Below, piece by piece: positions 29,586 to 40,500 of a stretch of 64,000 nt of DNA. The stretch comes from Chthoniobacterales bacterium (GTDB lineage Bacteria; Verrucomicrobiota; Verrucomicrobiia; Chthoniobacterales; Chthoniobacteraceae), in the NCBI GenBank assembly GCA_038207335.1, contig JBBQZX010000010.1:64001-128000 (forward strand). The letters run 5' to 3'. A program made the position numbers and the translations under genes. The notes below the pieces were generated by a model. The model did not search any database. It was not told the origin of the DNA and was given only the letters and a program-made list of their open reading frames with translations. Each line of letters starts with the position of its first letter. Within the stretch, counting starts at the first letter, position 1.

Positions 29586-31196
29586 CTACTCCAGCCGCTT
29601 CAGCACCGGGATGCGGTAGTTTTCTTTCAGCTCCTCGTCGCCTTTTGCAATCGCAGCGGCATCCAAATAGATCGTCGAGGGATCGCCTTCGAATTCCACT
29701 TTGTCCAACCCGTTCACCGCCTTCGCCAACGCGAGCGGCACGTCGCTCAGGCGCTCGATCGCCATGCCGTTGATCTTCGTCACGATCATCTGGTGCAACT
29801 CCTCGTATCCGAGCGTGAGTGGTGATGGCAGCACCCCGCTGAGGATCACCACTTTTCGCCCGCCCTCGGGATAAAGCTCGTTCTGCTGGCGATCCAGATA
29901 GACGAATTCCTCCGGCGCCTTTTTGATCCAATCATTCCCCCACTCGCGCAGAAACTGCCGCGAAAGCTCCTGTAGCACGAGCCCGCCGAGCACGTAAAAC
30001 TGCGGCGCGCGGTCGATGATGTAGGGCTCGATCACGCTTTTCTCCGAGCTCTGGTGCGTGATTTTCACCGGCAGCGTCTTACGCGCACCGTCGCGGAAAA
30101 TCGTGAACTTCAACTCATCGCCGACGAAGTGCCGCGTCGAGACGAGATGTGCGAGCGAGAGCTTTCCGTAATTCGGATCGAGGTAATTCCCGTCCTGATC
30201 TACCGCTTCCCCGTCGATTTCGAGCACCACGTCCCCTTCCTTGATGCCCGCTTTTTCAGCTGGTCCGTCGTGCAGAACATCGCTGACATACACGCCACCG
30301 CTCGCATTCCCGAGCCCCACGTAGCGGCGGAGTTGCGGATCGCGCGTGATCGAAAACGCCATCCCGGCGCGCCCGAAGCCTTCATACGGCTCCTTCGCTG
30401 CGTCTTTCAAAAAATGCTGAATCACCGGCGCCGGCACGATTTCCGCGCTCTTCGTGTTGTTGTCGTAACGCGCGACGAGGCCCGCGAGCTTTCCATCTTT
30501 CACAACCGGCAGGGTGAAACTGCTATCGCGAAACTGGAGCGCGACCGTCGCTCGATAGACCAGCAGCGGCGAGCCATCGACCGGATACGGCGTCACCTCC
30601 GCGGTCGTCATCGAGCCTTTCGTCACGAGCAAAGTTCCGGTCGATTCGAGCTGCCAGATCGAGAGTTCGTCGCCGACATTCGCGGTCGTGAACCCGACCG
30701 ACTCGAACGCCGCCATGAACTTCGGGTCGTCGCATTTTAAAATCGCGAGGTTCGCCTCGTAATCGACCACGTCGATCGATGCCGCGACTTTCAGTCCCCC
30801 GTCCGGTGCCTCGAATTCCAAATAGTTCGCATTCGCGACGAGTTCGCCCGTCACGAGCACGCGCTTGTCCGCGAGCACCGCGCCGACCGCGCGACGGGAA
30901 TACGGCTGATGTTTCCCCCACGGACGGATGAAATCCCACGGCTGGTTCGTGACATTGACGCGCAGGACGGACGGCTTCCGGTCCGGCTTCGCGGCAACCG
31001 GCGGTGCCGCCTGGCCTTGTATCGGAGCCGGTTGCGCACCGCTCGGGTCTTTCGGCCCCGTCGGCGGCGTGCTCGGCGGAGGCACATCTCCGGGAGGAAG
31101 AGGCACCGGTGGCGCGGATGGACGCGGCGCGGGATCAGCGGCGAAAAGCCCAGATGCGGCGAGGAAAGCGGTGAGGAAAATGTGGCGCGAATTCAT
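29586..31196 (-). CDS. Deg/HtrA-like PDZ protein with degenerate protease triad (pseudoprotease)
   Basis: Colinear with the neighbouring protease, but has VTGELV for TNAHVV, NLAIL for DLAIL and RDSSFTLP for GNSGGP; PDZ motif GPAEKAGIKEGDVVLEIDG. Confidence 0.85.
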   Translation of the reverse strand: MNSRHIFLTAFLAASGLFAADPAPRPSAPPVPLPPGDVPPPSTPPTGPKDPSGAQPAPIQGQAAPPVAAKPDRKPSVLRVNVTNQPWDFIRPWGKHQPYSRRAVGAVLADKRVLVTGELVANANYLEFEAPDGGLKVAASIDVVDYEANLAILKCDDPKFMAAFESVGFTTANVGDELSIWQLESTGTLLVTKGSMTTAEVTPYPVDGSPLLVYRATVALQFRDSSFTLPVVKDGKLAGLVARYDNNTKSAEIVPAPVIQHFLKDAAKEPYEGFGRAGMAFSITRDPQLRRYVGLGNASGGVYVSDVLHDGPAEKAGIKEGDVVLEIDGEAVDQDGNYLDPNYGKLSLAHLVSTRHFVGDELKFTIFRDGARKTLPVKITHQSSEKSVIEPYIIDRAPQFYVLGGLVLQELSRQFLREWGNDWIKKAPEEFVYLDRQQNELYPEGGRKVVILSGVLPSPLTLGYEELHQMIVTKINGMAIERLSDVPLALAKAVNGLDKVEFEGDPSTIYLDAAAIAKGDEELKENYRIPVLKRLE

Positions 31197-31223
31197 CTGA
31201 AAAGTGGGTGAAAAGTGGAGCGA

Positions 31224-32681
31224 TCAGGAGGCCGTGAGGTTCTGCTCTTCAGGCACGTTGTAGCGTTTTTTGATTCGCTCCCGCGCCGCCTCCACCGCCG
31301 CGCGTTCAAGCACCAACGGGCGTCCGACGCCGATGAACTTCAGCACGTAGAACTCCGCCGGCACCGCAAGCGCGTCCGCGAATTCCTTCAACGTCTTCAC
31401 TTTTTTGCCGTTGATCTCATCCACGATCGCCTCGCGAAATTCCCCAAAATACGTGTTGATCGGGTCGGGCAAAATCGAGCTCAGCACGATCACATCGGGA
31501 TGCTCCTTGTAGATTTCCTTCGTGATGTAGGCGTCGAAAAAGTAGCTCACGCGAGGGTTCGAGAATGAATACGCCTGCATCAGATTCCGCGACAGCGGCT
31601 GAAAAAGCAGCCCGCCAAAAAGCACGTAGGCTGGCTGTTGCTCATACGTATTCGCCTGCATCCCGTACGGCCAGGCGCGCTTGAATTCCACCACGACATC
31701 CATCGGCTTCCCCTCTCGCTTGATCGAAAATTTCAGCGAGTCGCCGAGAAATTTCCGCTCCGCCACCTCCGCCATCATCACTCGCTCGCCCTCGAGTTCC
31801 ACCATTCCGTCGCTCGCCACCGGCAATCCGTCGATCGTCAAAATCACGTCCTCCACTTTCAAAATGCCATCGCACGGTCCGTCCGCCAGCACGTTGCTGA
31901 CGACCACTCCGCGGTCGTCGTCGGCGAGTCCGTAGGCTTTTCGCTGCGCCGCATTCAGCACGGGAAATGTGGTGATCGACAGGTCCATGTAGCGGTCGTA
32001 ATGCCCGTCCGCGATGTCGTGCAGGAAGTGTTTGATGACGGGTGTCGGGATCATGTAGCCGACGTTTTGCGCCACGTCGCCGCTGTAGCCCTGAAACGCC
32101 ACGCCGACCACGCTCGACCCTTGCATTACCGGGCCGCCACTGTTGCCGGGATTGATCGCCGCGTCGATCTGAATGCACAAATGCGAGTCCACTACCGAGT
32201 GCGTGTAGGTGCGAAAATCAACGCGCGATACGATGCCGTTTGTCACCGAAAGCCGCTCGCCGCCGATCGGATAACCGAAAACGCTCACGCTCGATTCGAT
32301 CTCCGGGATGCCGCCGAGTGCGAGCGGTTTCGTGTCCTTGAAAAACGCGGGATCATCGACTTTCAAGATCGCCAAATCGCAGTCGTGCGCGATGTGCTCG
32401 ACGGTCGCGATGTACTTTTTTGGATCGTTCTCGCGCTCCACCGTGAGGAAGCGCGCATTGCTCACGACATGTGCATTCGTGAGCAACCGGTCCTTTGAAA
32501 CGACCCAGCCCGTGCCGCTTCCGCCTCCCGTCGAACCGGGCAGCCACGGGATGCGATAATTCGGCTCCTGCGCCGTGTTGGTGATGCGCGCGAGGCTTTT
32601 GCGCACTTCATTTGGCAGCGCGGAGGCCGAGGCGGCGAGGGCGAGCAGCGCGAGGAAAACGCGCGAAATCCGTGAAATCAT
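31224..32681 (-). CDS. Deg/HtrA-family serine protease (plant Deg2/Deg9-like, 2 PDZ)
   Basis: Signal peptide; TNAHVV, CDLAIL, AAINPGNSGGP. Confidence 0.93.
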   Translation of the reverse strand: MISRISRVFLALLALAASASALPNEVRKSLARITNTAQEPNYRIPWLPGSTGGGSGTGWVVSKDRLLTNAHVVSNARFLTVERENDPKKYIATVEHIAHDCDLAILKVDDPAFFKDTKPLALGGIPEIESSVSVFGYPIGGERLSVTNGIVSRVDFRTYTHSVVDSHLCIQIDAAINPGNSGGPVMQGSSVVGVAFQGYSGDVAQNVGYMIPTPVIKHFLHDIADGHYDRYMDLSITTFPVLNAAQRKAYGLADDDRGVVVSNVLADGPCDGILKVEDVILTIDGLPVASDGMVELEGERVMMAEVAERKFLGDSLKFSIKREGKPMDVVVEFKRAWPYGMQANTYEQQPAYVLFGGLLFQPLSRNLMQAYSFSNPRVSYFFDAYITKEIYKEHPDVIVLSSILPDPINTYFGEFREAIVDEINGKKVKTLKEFADALAVPAEFYVLKFIGVGRPLVLERAAVEAARERIKKRYNVPEEQNLTAS

Positions 32682-32778
32682 GAGAGCGGAAAGTTGAGGG
32701 GAACCGCTCGCAGCGCAATGGAAATCCCGTCCATCGCGCGAGTTGACTCCGCAGCGCTCGCCGCTATTCCTCGCCGCC

Positions 32779-33726
32779 ATGACTCCCCGCCTCCTCGCCT
32801 CCGCCGCCCTCATCTGCACACTCGCCACGTCCGCATTCGCCGCAGACGACGCATCCATCGAACCCGAAAATGCAGGTCCCGATTTCGCCGTGCAGGGCGA
32901 ATACGTCGGCGACAATGCAGCTGCTCAAGTTATCGCGCTGGGCGATGGAAAATTTCACATCGTCGGCTGGGCACACGGCCTGCCGGGCACGACCGACGAG
33001 GCGGAGAAAGTCGCCGAACTCGACGCGCAACGCGAGGGCGACCGCATCGTTTTCGCGACGAACGGGTGGAAAGGCTCAATCGAAAACGGCGTCCTCAGCG
33101 GCGTATCGCCGGACGGCGATAAAGCGAGCGTGAAGCACACACTGCGCGAATCGCCTGCCGCCGGCGCGAAACCGCCCGCGGGCGCCACGGTGCTTTTCGA
33201 CGGTACGAATGCTGACGCGTGGGAGGGTGGAAAAGTGGACGACCGGGGCTTTCTGAAATGCGGCACGAAGACCAAAAAGGCGTTCAACGACTTCACCCTG
33301 CACATCGAATTTCGCACGCCCTTCATGCCGAAAGCGCGCGGTCAGGGGCGCGGAAATAGCGGCGTTTATTCGCAGGATCGCTACGAGACGCAGGTGCTCG
33401 ATTCCTTTGGATTGAAAGGCGAGAACAACGAATGCGGCGGCATCTACACGATCTCGAAGCCGCGCGTGAACATGTGCTTCCCACCGCTCTCGTGGCAGAC
33501 CTACGACATCGACTACGTCGCCGCGAAATACAGCGACGACGGACTGAAAACGAAGAACGCGATCATCACCGTGAAACAAAACGGCGTCCTCATCCAAGAC
33601 CACGTCGAAATCCCGCACGCAACCGGCAGCGCCGGTCTCACGGAAGGCCCGACGCCCGGCCCGATCGCCCTGCAAAATCACGGAACCCCCGTTTTCTACC
33701 GCAACATCTGGATCGTCGAGAAATGA
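32779..33726 (+). CDS. DUF1080 / 3-keto-disaccharide hydrolase family protein
   Basis: VLFDGT, DFTLHIEF, RGNSGVY, YETQVLDS, WQTYDI, LQNHG, YRNIWI. Confidence 0.92.
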   Translation: MTPRLLASAALICTLATSAFAADDASIEPENAGPDFAVQGEYVGDNAAAQVIALGDGKFHIVGWAHGLPGTTDEAEKVAELDAQREGDRIVFATNGWKGSIENGVLSGVSPDGDKASVKHTLRESPAAGAKPPAGATVLFDGTNADAWEGGKVDDRGFLKCGTKTKKAFNDFTLHIEFRTPFMPKARGQGRGNSGVYSQDRYETQVLDSFGLKGENNECGGIYTISKPRVNMCFPPLSWQTYDIDYVAAKYSDDGLKTKNAIITVKQNGVLIQDHVEIPHATGSAGLTEGPTPGPIALQNHGTPVFYRNIWIVEK

Positions 33727-33739
33727 CACCGGCACGCTC

Positions 33740-34936
33740 GTGAAAATCGCCGTCATCGGTGGCGGACCGGCGGGTTTGCGCGCGGCGGAAGTGGCTGCGG
33801 AGCGCGGTGCCGAAGTCACGATTTTCGATGCGAAAGCATCGGTCGGTCGCAAGTTTCTCGTCGCCGGTCGCGGCGGCTTGAACCTCACAAAAACCGAGCC
33901 GGCTGAGCGCTTCCTTTCGCGCTACAGCGGCCCGGAAACGCCGCCTGAATTGTGGCACTCGCTCATCTCCGAGTTCGACGGCGACGCGCTTCAGCACTGG
34001 GCCCGCGGGGTGGGCGTGGAAATATTCACCGCCTCGACCGGACGCGTCTATCCGCGTGATTTGAAAGCCGCCCCCCTGCTCCGCCGATGGGTGCAGCGAC
34101 TCCGCGAAATGGGCGTTAAATTTGTAACGCACCACCGCTTCACCGGCCTCCACGCGGGGCCGACATGGACGCTCGAATTTCAAACTCCAACCGGTCCGCG
34201 CGAACAGCAAACCGACGCTGCAATCCTCGCACTCGGTGGCGGCTCCTGGCCGGAAACCGGCTCGGACGGCGCGTGGACCAGCGCGCTTGAAACGCTCGGA
34301 GTTTCCATCCATCCGCTCGCGCCCTCCAACTGCGGATGGGAACTCGAATGGCCCATCACGGTTTCTGCCAAAGCTGAGGGATCACCGCTCAAAAGCATCG
34401 CCGTGCGCGCCGGAGATTTGGAAGTGCGCGGCGAACTGCTCATCACGAAATACGGTCTCGAAGGCGGCGCGATCTACGCGCTTGGCACGGCGCTTCGCGC
34501 GATGTCCGAGCCGGAAATCGCCATCGATTTCAAACCCACATTTTCTGTCGCGCAGCTCATCGCAAAACTCGGCACCGCGCCGCGCGACACGCTCGCCGAA
34601 GCCCGCCAACGCTGGCGTCTCAGCGATGCGGCGCTTGCGATCGTGGCCGGCCGCGGCCCATTTCCAGACGCCGAATCGCTCGCCCGCGAGACGAAAAACT
34701 GCATACTCCGCCTCACCCGCCCGCGCCCGATCGCCGAAGCCATTTCATCTGCTGGCGGCGTCCGCTGGAGCGAACTCGACGACTCGCTCATGCTCCGCCG
34801 CGCGCCCGGAATTTTCGTCGCCGGCGAGATGATCGACTGGGACGCGCCAACCGGCGGTTATTTGATTCACGCTTGCCTCGCAATGGGGACACGAGCGGGA
34901 GCAAGCGCGGCCCGCTGGATTGCAGCGCAAGCCTGA
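33740..34936 (+). CDS. HI0933/BaiN-like NAD(P)/FAD flavoprotein
   Basis: IGGGPAG, GRKFLVAGRGGLNLT, ALGGGSWP, AGEMIDWDAPTGGYL. Confidence 0.92.
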   Translation: MKIAVIGGGPAGLRAAEVAAERGAEVTIFDAKASVGRKFLVAGRGGLNLTKTEPAERFLSRYSGPETPPELWHSLISEFDGDALQHWARGVGVEIFTASTGRVYPRDLKAAPLLRRWVQRLREMGVKFVTHHRFTGLHAGPTWTLEFQTPTGPREQQTDAAILALGGGSWPETGSDGAWTSALETLGVSIHPLAPSNCGWELEWPITVSAKAEGSPLKSIAVRAGDLEVRGELLITKYGLEGGAIYALGTALRAMSEPEIAIDFKPTFSVAQLIAKLGTAPRDTLAEARQRWRLSDAALAIVAGRGPFPDAESLARETKNCILRLTRPRPIAEAISSAGGVRWSELDDSLMLRRAPGIFVAGEMIDWDAPTGGYLIHACLAMGTRAGASAARWIAAQA

Positions 34937-34980
34937 AACCGCATTGCCAACCCGAACCCTCCGCCCTTTCATCCCCCGCA

Positions 34981-37299
34981 ATGAAGCTCCTCCTCGCGCT
35001 CACCCTCCTCGCCACTCCCGTCCTAGCCCAGACTCGCTGGGATCAAATGGATCTCGGCCCATTTCACAGCGGCACTTTCCACGTCGATAAAGAAGCCACG
35101 GCCAAAGGCATTGCGATCAAAGTCGGCACGCCGGACGACAAGGCGACTGTCCTCTTCGATACTGAACTCCTCCGTGTGAGCGCGGCTTGGACGGGCGGCT
35201 TCGTAAAAATCCCGGCGGGTCGCGGCGGACTCGAAGGCCAACTCACCCCCGCGGGCGACGTGAAATTCAAGACAACTTACGCGACCGGCTGGGCGAAAGG
35301 CGACATCATTAACGACCCCCGAGACAAGCACCAAGGCCATCTCTCGGCCGATCAGGCAAAGTGGCGCGGCCTCTATTTGAATGGCGACAAAGTTATCCTC
35401 AGCTACTCCGTCGGCCTCGGCGGCGTGCTGGAACTGGACGGCTTCGAGACGCGCGGCGCGGCGAAGGTTTTCACCCGCACATTCGAGGTCGGTGTGAATG
35501 CGAATGCGAACTCGCTGCTCATCTGCGAGGCACCTGGCCAAGGCTCGGTCGAGGGGAATGTGGCGAAACGGTTCGAGGCGGAAAACGTGACGCTCGCAGG
35601 TGTCGTCGGCGCGCCGGAGGGATCGAAAATGGTGACCGGCGATGGCGGTCGTATCTCGCTGAAACTGCCCGCGCTGACAAAGACCGCGACCTTTCAAGTC
35701 GTCGTCTGGAGCGGCAAAAACGATGCGCTGCCTGCCGGCACCGATTGGCTAAAAAGCGAACCGCTGCCGAGTCTCGCAGCGCTGTGCAAAGGCGGCGCGC
35801 CGCAATGGAACGTGCCGATCGAGACCGCGGGAATTCTCGGCACGGGCGACGACGCGTATGTCGCCGACGAGATCACGCTGCCGGTGGACAATCCTTTCAA
35901 GTCGTGGCTGCGGCCCGGCGGGCACGATTTTCTCCCGGACGGTACCGCGGTGCTCGTGAACATCAGCGGCGACGTTTGGCTCGTGAGCGGGCTCGATGAA
36001 AAGCTCGAGCACGTGAAGTGGAAACGCTTTGCCACCGGGCTTTTCCAGCCGCTCGGCTGCAAAGTCGTCGATGGGAAAATCTACGTGACGTGCCGCGATC
36101 AAATCACGCGGCTCACGGATTTGAATGGCGACGGCGAGGCGGACTTTTACGAGTGCTTCAACAACGACTGCGTGGTGGCGGACAACTACCACGAATTCGC
36201 TCTCGATTTGCAGACCGATTCGAAGGGCAACTTTTTCTACGGGAAGGGGTCGCCGTGGACGCCGACGAATATGACGCCGGATCAGGGGACGATCATCAAA
36301 GTGAGCGGGGACGGCAGCAAACTGGAGGTCTTCGCGACCGGCGTGCGCGCTCCGAACGGGCTGGGAATGGGGCCGAAAGACGAGCTAACTTTCAGCGATA
36401 ACCAGGGCCACTGGATGCCCGCGAACCGGCTCAATCTGGTGAAGGAAGGCGGCTTCTACGGGATGACTCCGGCCGCGCACAAGACGCTCACGATGAAGCT
36501 CGCGGACGGGACGGAAATCACCGCGAACCCGAGCGATGCGGAGGCGCGAGCGAAATACAAAACGGACTTCTGGGGGAAGGCGGATTCTCCGATTCCATCG
36601 AGCGGATACGACGTGCCGCTGTGCTGGGTGCCGATGGAAATCGACAACTCCAGCGGCGGGCAGGTGTGGGTGCCGCCGGGCGCAAAATGGGGGCCTCTCG
36701 GCGGACGGATGCTCTTCATGAGCTACGGAAAATGCAGCCTTTTCAACGTGCTCCAGGAGACGGTGAACGGGCTGCCGCAGGGCGGGCTCTGCCGATTCCC
36801 GCTGAACTTCAAGAGCGGAATCATGCGCGGGCGTTTCAGTCCAAAGGACGGGCAACTCTATGTGAGCGGGCTGAACGTGTGGCAGTCTAGCGCGTCGAAG
36901 GACGGCTGCTTTTACCGCGTCCGCTACACCGGCAAGCCGACCACGGTGCCGGTCGATTTGCATGTGCAAAAGTCGAGCCTGCAACTGACCTTCACCGCGC
37001 CGCTCGACGAAAAAAGCGCAACCGATGCGGAGAACTATTCCGTCGATCAATGGAACTATCTGTGGACGGGGAATTACGGCTCGCCCGACGTGTCGGCGCT
37101 CGATGCCGGGCGCAAAGGCCGAGACTCGCTGACCATCGCAGGAGTGAATCTTTCGGCCGACAAAAAGACTGTGACGATCGAGCTGCCCGACGTGAAGCCG
37201 GTGATGCAAATGAAGATCAAATTCAAGATCAAAGCCGCGGACGGCAGCGCACTCGACAAAGAGATTTTCAGCACCGTAAACGCGGTGCCGGGGAGTTAG
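34981..37299 (+). CDS. Secreted DUF6797-like + beta-propeller (sugar dehydrogenase-like) protein
   Basis: Signal peptide; KGIAIKVG...VLFDTELLR...WTGGF; WKRFATGLFQPLG, DLNGDGEAD, TGVRAPNG, SDNQGHW; no CxxCH seen. Confidence 0.78.
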   Translation: MKLLLALTLLATPVLAQTRWDQMDLGPFHSGTFHVDKEATAKGIAIKVGTPDDKATVLFDTELLRVSAAWTGGFVKIPAGRGGLEGQLTPAGDVKFKTTYATGWAKGDIINDPRDKHQGHLSADQAKWRGLYLNGDKVILSYSVGLGGVLELDGFETRGAAKVFTRTFEVGVNANANSLLICEAPGQGSVEGNVAKRFEAENVTLAGVVGAPEGSKMVTGDGGRISLKLPALTKTATFQVVVWSGKNDALPAGTDWLKSEPLPSLAALCKGGAPQWNVPIETAGILGTGDDAYVADEITLPVDNPFKSWLRPGGHDFLPDGTAVLVNISGDVWLVSGLDEKLEHVKWKRFATGLFQPLGCKVVDGKIYVTCRDQITRLTDLNGDGEADFYECFNNDCVVADNYHEFALDLQTDSKGNFFYGKGSPWTPTNMTPDQGTIIKVSGDGSKLEVFATGVRAPNGLGMGPKDELTFSDNQGHWMPANRLNLVKEGGFYGMTPAAHKTLTMKLADGTEITANPSDAEARAKYKTDFWGKADSPIPSSGYDVPLCWVPMEIDNSSGGQVWVPPGAKWGPLGGRMLFMSYGKCSLFNVLQETVNGLPQGGLCRFPLNFKSGIMRGRFSPKDGQLYVSGLNVWQSSASKDGCFYRVRYTGKPTTVPVDLHVQKSSLQLTFTAPLDEKSATDAENYSVDQWNYLWTGNYGSPDVSALDAGRKGRDSLTIAGVNLSADKKTVTIELPDVKPVMQMKIKFKIKAADGSALDKEIFSTVNAVPGS

Positions 37300-37317
37300 C
37301 AGCCCATCGGAAACAGA

Positions 37318-37389
37318 TACCAGGGGGGAGGATTGAACTCCCGACCTAGGGCTTATGAGTCCCCCGCTCTGCCACTGAGCTACCCTGGC
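37318..37389 (-). tRNA. tRNA with CAT anticodon (elongator Met or Ile2), CCA not encoded
   Basis: Reverse complement GCCAGGGTAGCTCAGTGGCAGAGCGGGGGACTCATAAGCCCTAGGTCGGGAGTTCAATCCTCCCCCCTGGTA; lacks the initiator C1:A72 mismatch. Confidence 0.92.
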
Positions 37390-37401
37390 GAAAGGCCGGG
37401 G

Positions 37402-37430
37402 AAATTAGGCAACGCCCCGCGGCGGTTCAA
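37402..37430 (-). promoter_or_regulatory. Sigma70-type promoter of the tRNA-CAT gene
   Basis: TTGAAC-17 nt-TAATTT, 12 nt upstream of the tRNA. Confidence 0.7.
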
Positions 37431-37504
37431 GCAGAGAAATCAGGAGAATTCAGGCAGCCGAGGCCGAGGGTTTTGCCGAGCCTCACCGGGCAACTTCATC
37501 GAAG

Positions 37505-40500
37505 TCACTCGGTTGAGAGCTTGCTGCGAAGCTCTTCGAGCCAAGCGCGGCCTTCGCGGTCGATCGTGTCGGGGCCGCTCTTGGCTTCGGCGGCGTGGAG
37601 GTCGGCCTCGAAGGCGGCGAGTTCGACGCGGCCTTCGTCCATTCTCTTTGCTTGGATCAGCAGTTTCACCAGCTTGAAGCGGATGTTGAGCATTTGATTG
37701 GAAGAGCCGAGTCCGGTGTTGGCAGTCGTCCTCGTGGCAGCGAGCGCGAGGCCCTCGCGGAAGTCCTTTTCGGCCTCAGACTCGCGATGAATACGCTGCA
37801 AAAAATTACCGGCAAGTAAGTAATTCCACGCGAGTTGTCCGCGCGGTTGGTCAAGCGTTTCGGTGCTGGAATGTTTGTCCGCAGTCGCTGCCTCGACTGC
37901 TTTTCGGCCTAGCGCAATCGCATGCTCCCAAGCGGTCGCGAGGTCGGCTTCGGCTTCGGGCGCGAGGAGCTGCGCATATTCACGCCAAGCGACACCAGCC
38001 TCGCGCCAGCGGTCCACAAGATGCGACTCACCGGCAATCTTCTCGCGGGCCTCAGCCGCTTCGCGGTGCATTTTGCGCCCTTCGTCCTCGCGCCCTTGCT
38101 TGAAAATCGCGAAGCCGAGTTTGATCTCTGTGCCAGCGGCTTCCCACAAGTCGAGCATACGTTCTCCGTCCGTTGGCGCGGACGTGGCGGCATCTTCAAG
38201 CTGCTTCAATGATATTCGGAGCAGCGTCTCTGCCTCGGCAAACCGCTGCATGGCATTGAGAGCCGTTCCTCGAATGCCAGACGTTGCACTTCTCGTCAGC
38301 GCATATTCGCGCTTTCCCATGAACGATTGCCGCTGATCCAGCCATGCGTTGGTTTCATTCGCATACGCCTCCATGTGGGCAAATTGCGCTGCTCTTTCGT
38401 CGGCGGGAGCTTTGTAAAAGTCATCGCTGAGTTTCCAACAGTTCTTCTGCGCCTCCCATGCTTTGTCGTTGTTTGCCGTCGGGGCGTCGCGGAGGCGCGT
38501 CTCTTCGAGGATGGCGAGGGTCGCGCTGACTTTCGCTGCCTCGTCGGTGCGTCCGAGCTTCCCAAATGTGTCACGCTGGAGCTTCAGCAAGTTTCCGTAA
38601 CTGACCTCGACGTGACTGGTGCTCGGAAGCTTGCCGAGAAGCGATTCCAACGCCACCCGCGCACGGGCTAACGTCGGTAGCGAAGCCTCAGCATCGACGG
38701 CGCAAACCTTTGCCAGAATGCGAATCTTCTCGTTCGAATCTGGATGATTAGGCGGTGTGAAATTTGCGAGGCGCGCAGCAGCGGCCCAATCTTCGACAGC
38801 CCGAGCTGCGAGTTCGACCGCTTGCGCCTTATCGACCGGAACGACCTTCAGGAGAGCGTCAACGAAGTTGCAGATCGTCCATGCTCGCTCGTCATAAAGA
38901 AGCGGGCGCGTGGACTGGCGCTCGATCGCTGAGTCACGACACCGAAGCGATTCACGATGGTAATCTGCCGATTTGACAGGGTCCGATTCAAACTCGCCGA
39001 GCACGCGGTAGCTGTGAGCAAGATCACGCCACCATTCCGCACGCGCAGGCTCAAGTTCGACGAGTTTTCGGCGTCCTTCCATGGCCTTTTGAATGACAGC
39101 ATCTGCGTTCCGCATGCCATTCTCGTCCGCACTCTCCATCGCCCAACGCCTTTGGTAGAGCCCGGCGTGGTGCATTGCCCCGAGATAGGTCTCGCGAAGA
39201 AGCGCGCTGTCGCCACCCAGTTCCAGCGCTCTGCCGAACGCATTTTCGGCGAGCCTAAAATCCGCCATCCTCCCCTCGTTGCTGCTGCCCGGCGCTTTCT
39301 CGGCGATGTTTGCGTTCCCGTAGTGGATAAAGCCCTCGATCTCGCACACATCCGCAGTCTCGCCGCCAATTTCACGCATCCGTTTTGCGATGGCTTCCAA
39401 GATCTTGAGGCGGGAGGTGCCTTCCAGCGGCTTGCGAAATCCGCGGATGAGCGCCTGCGCCGCTGCGCCGTGTGAGAGCGCCTGGTAGCGCATCGCCCAG
39501 AGCGCGTTCGGGTGCTCTTTCAGCCACGCCTCGCAGCGCTTGATCGTGGTATCCGCCGTGGCGACGAGAGCTTCATGGGCGCTGCGGTCGGAGAAGAGGT
39601 AGCAGAGATTCAGCATCGCGTAGCAGCTCTCCTCCTGCAGTTTTTCGTCGGCGGGATGTTTGATGATCAGGGTCTCCATGATCCCCAGCGCCTCGCGCGT
39701 GTGCTTTTCGTATTCGTCGTCGTGGCCGAGAGCGCCGTCGATAAGCGCGCGATTGAGCGCGAGCGAGGCGATGTGGCGCTGGACTTCGTCATTGGAAAGC
39801 GCGCCCGGCAGCGTGCGGTAGTAAGCGGCGGCTGCGGCGACCATTTCTTCGAGCAGCTCGACTTTTCCCAGCGGCAGCAGCTTTTTGCGCAGCCCGTAGA
39901 TCGCTTCGTTGATGAGGCTTTCCGCGGCATCGCGCGCGGCACCGGCATCGCTCAATCGATCGGAAGCCAGCCGCTCCGCGCTCCTCGCACGCACAGCCTG
40001 CCAGCTCGCGAAGACGCCCGCGCCGAGAGCGGCGACGGCCAGCGCGCCGACGACGGTGGCGATGCGGCGCGCGCGTTTGGAGCGCTCGCGCTCAACGGCA
40101 GCGCGCGCTTTGGCCGCGGTGAGTTCTTCCGCGAGACGCGACTTTTCCAGCGCCTCCGCGAGCGCGGTGCGTCGGGCATCGAGCGTGCGGAGGCGCGTGG
40201 AAAGCTCGGCGGTGCTGGCGAGACGGCGGGCGGGGTCGCCATCGACACAATCGGCGATGTCCTCGCGCAAAAGCTCGTCCTTTACTTCGCGCTCCCAGCC
40301 CGGCGCGAGCGCGTGGGTAAAATCGCCGACGACCATTTGAAAGAGCACGACGCCGAGCGCATAGACATCGCCCTGCACGGTGTAGGCGCGGCCGGTGTAT
40401 TGCTCGGGCGGCGCGTAAAGGCGCGTCATGCTGCTGCCGCTGCCGTGGCTGATGATGGTATTGATCGTGAAACCCGCGGCGGTAATCGCGTGAGCTTCGA

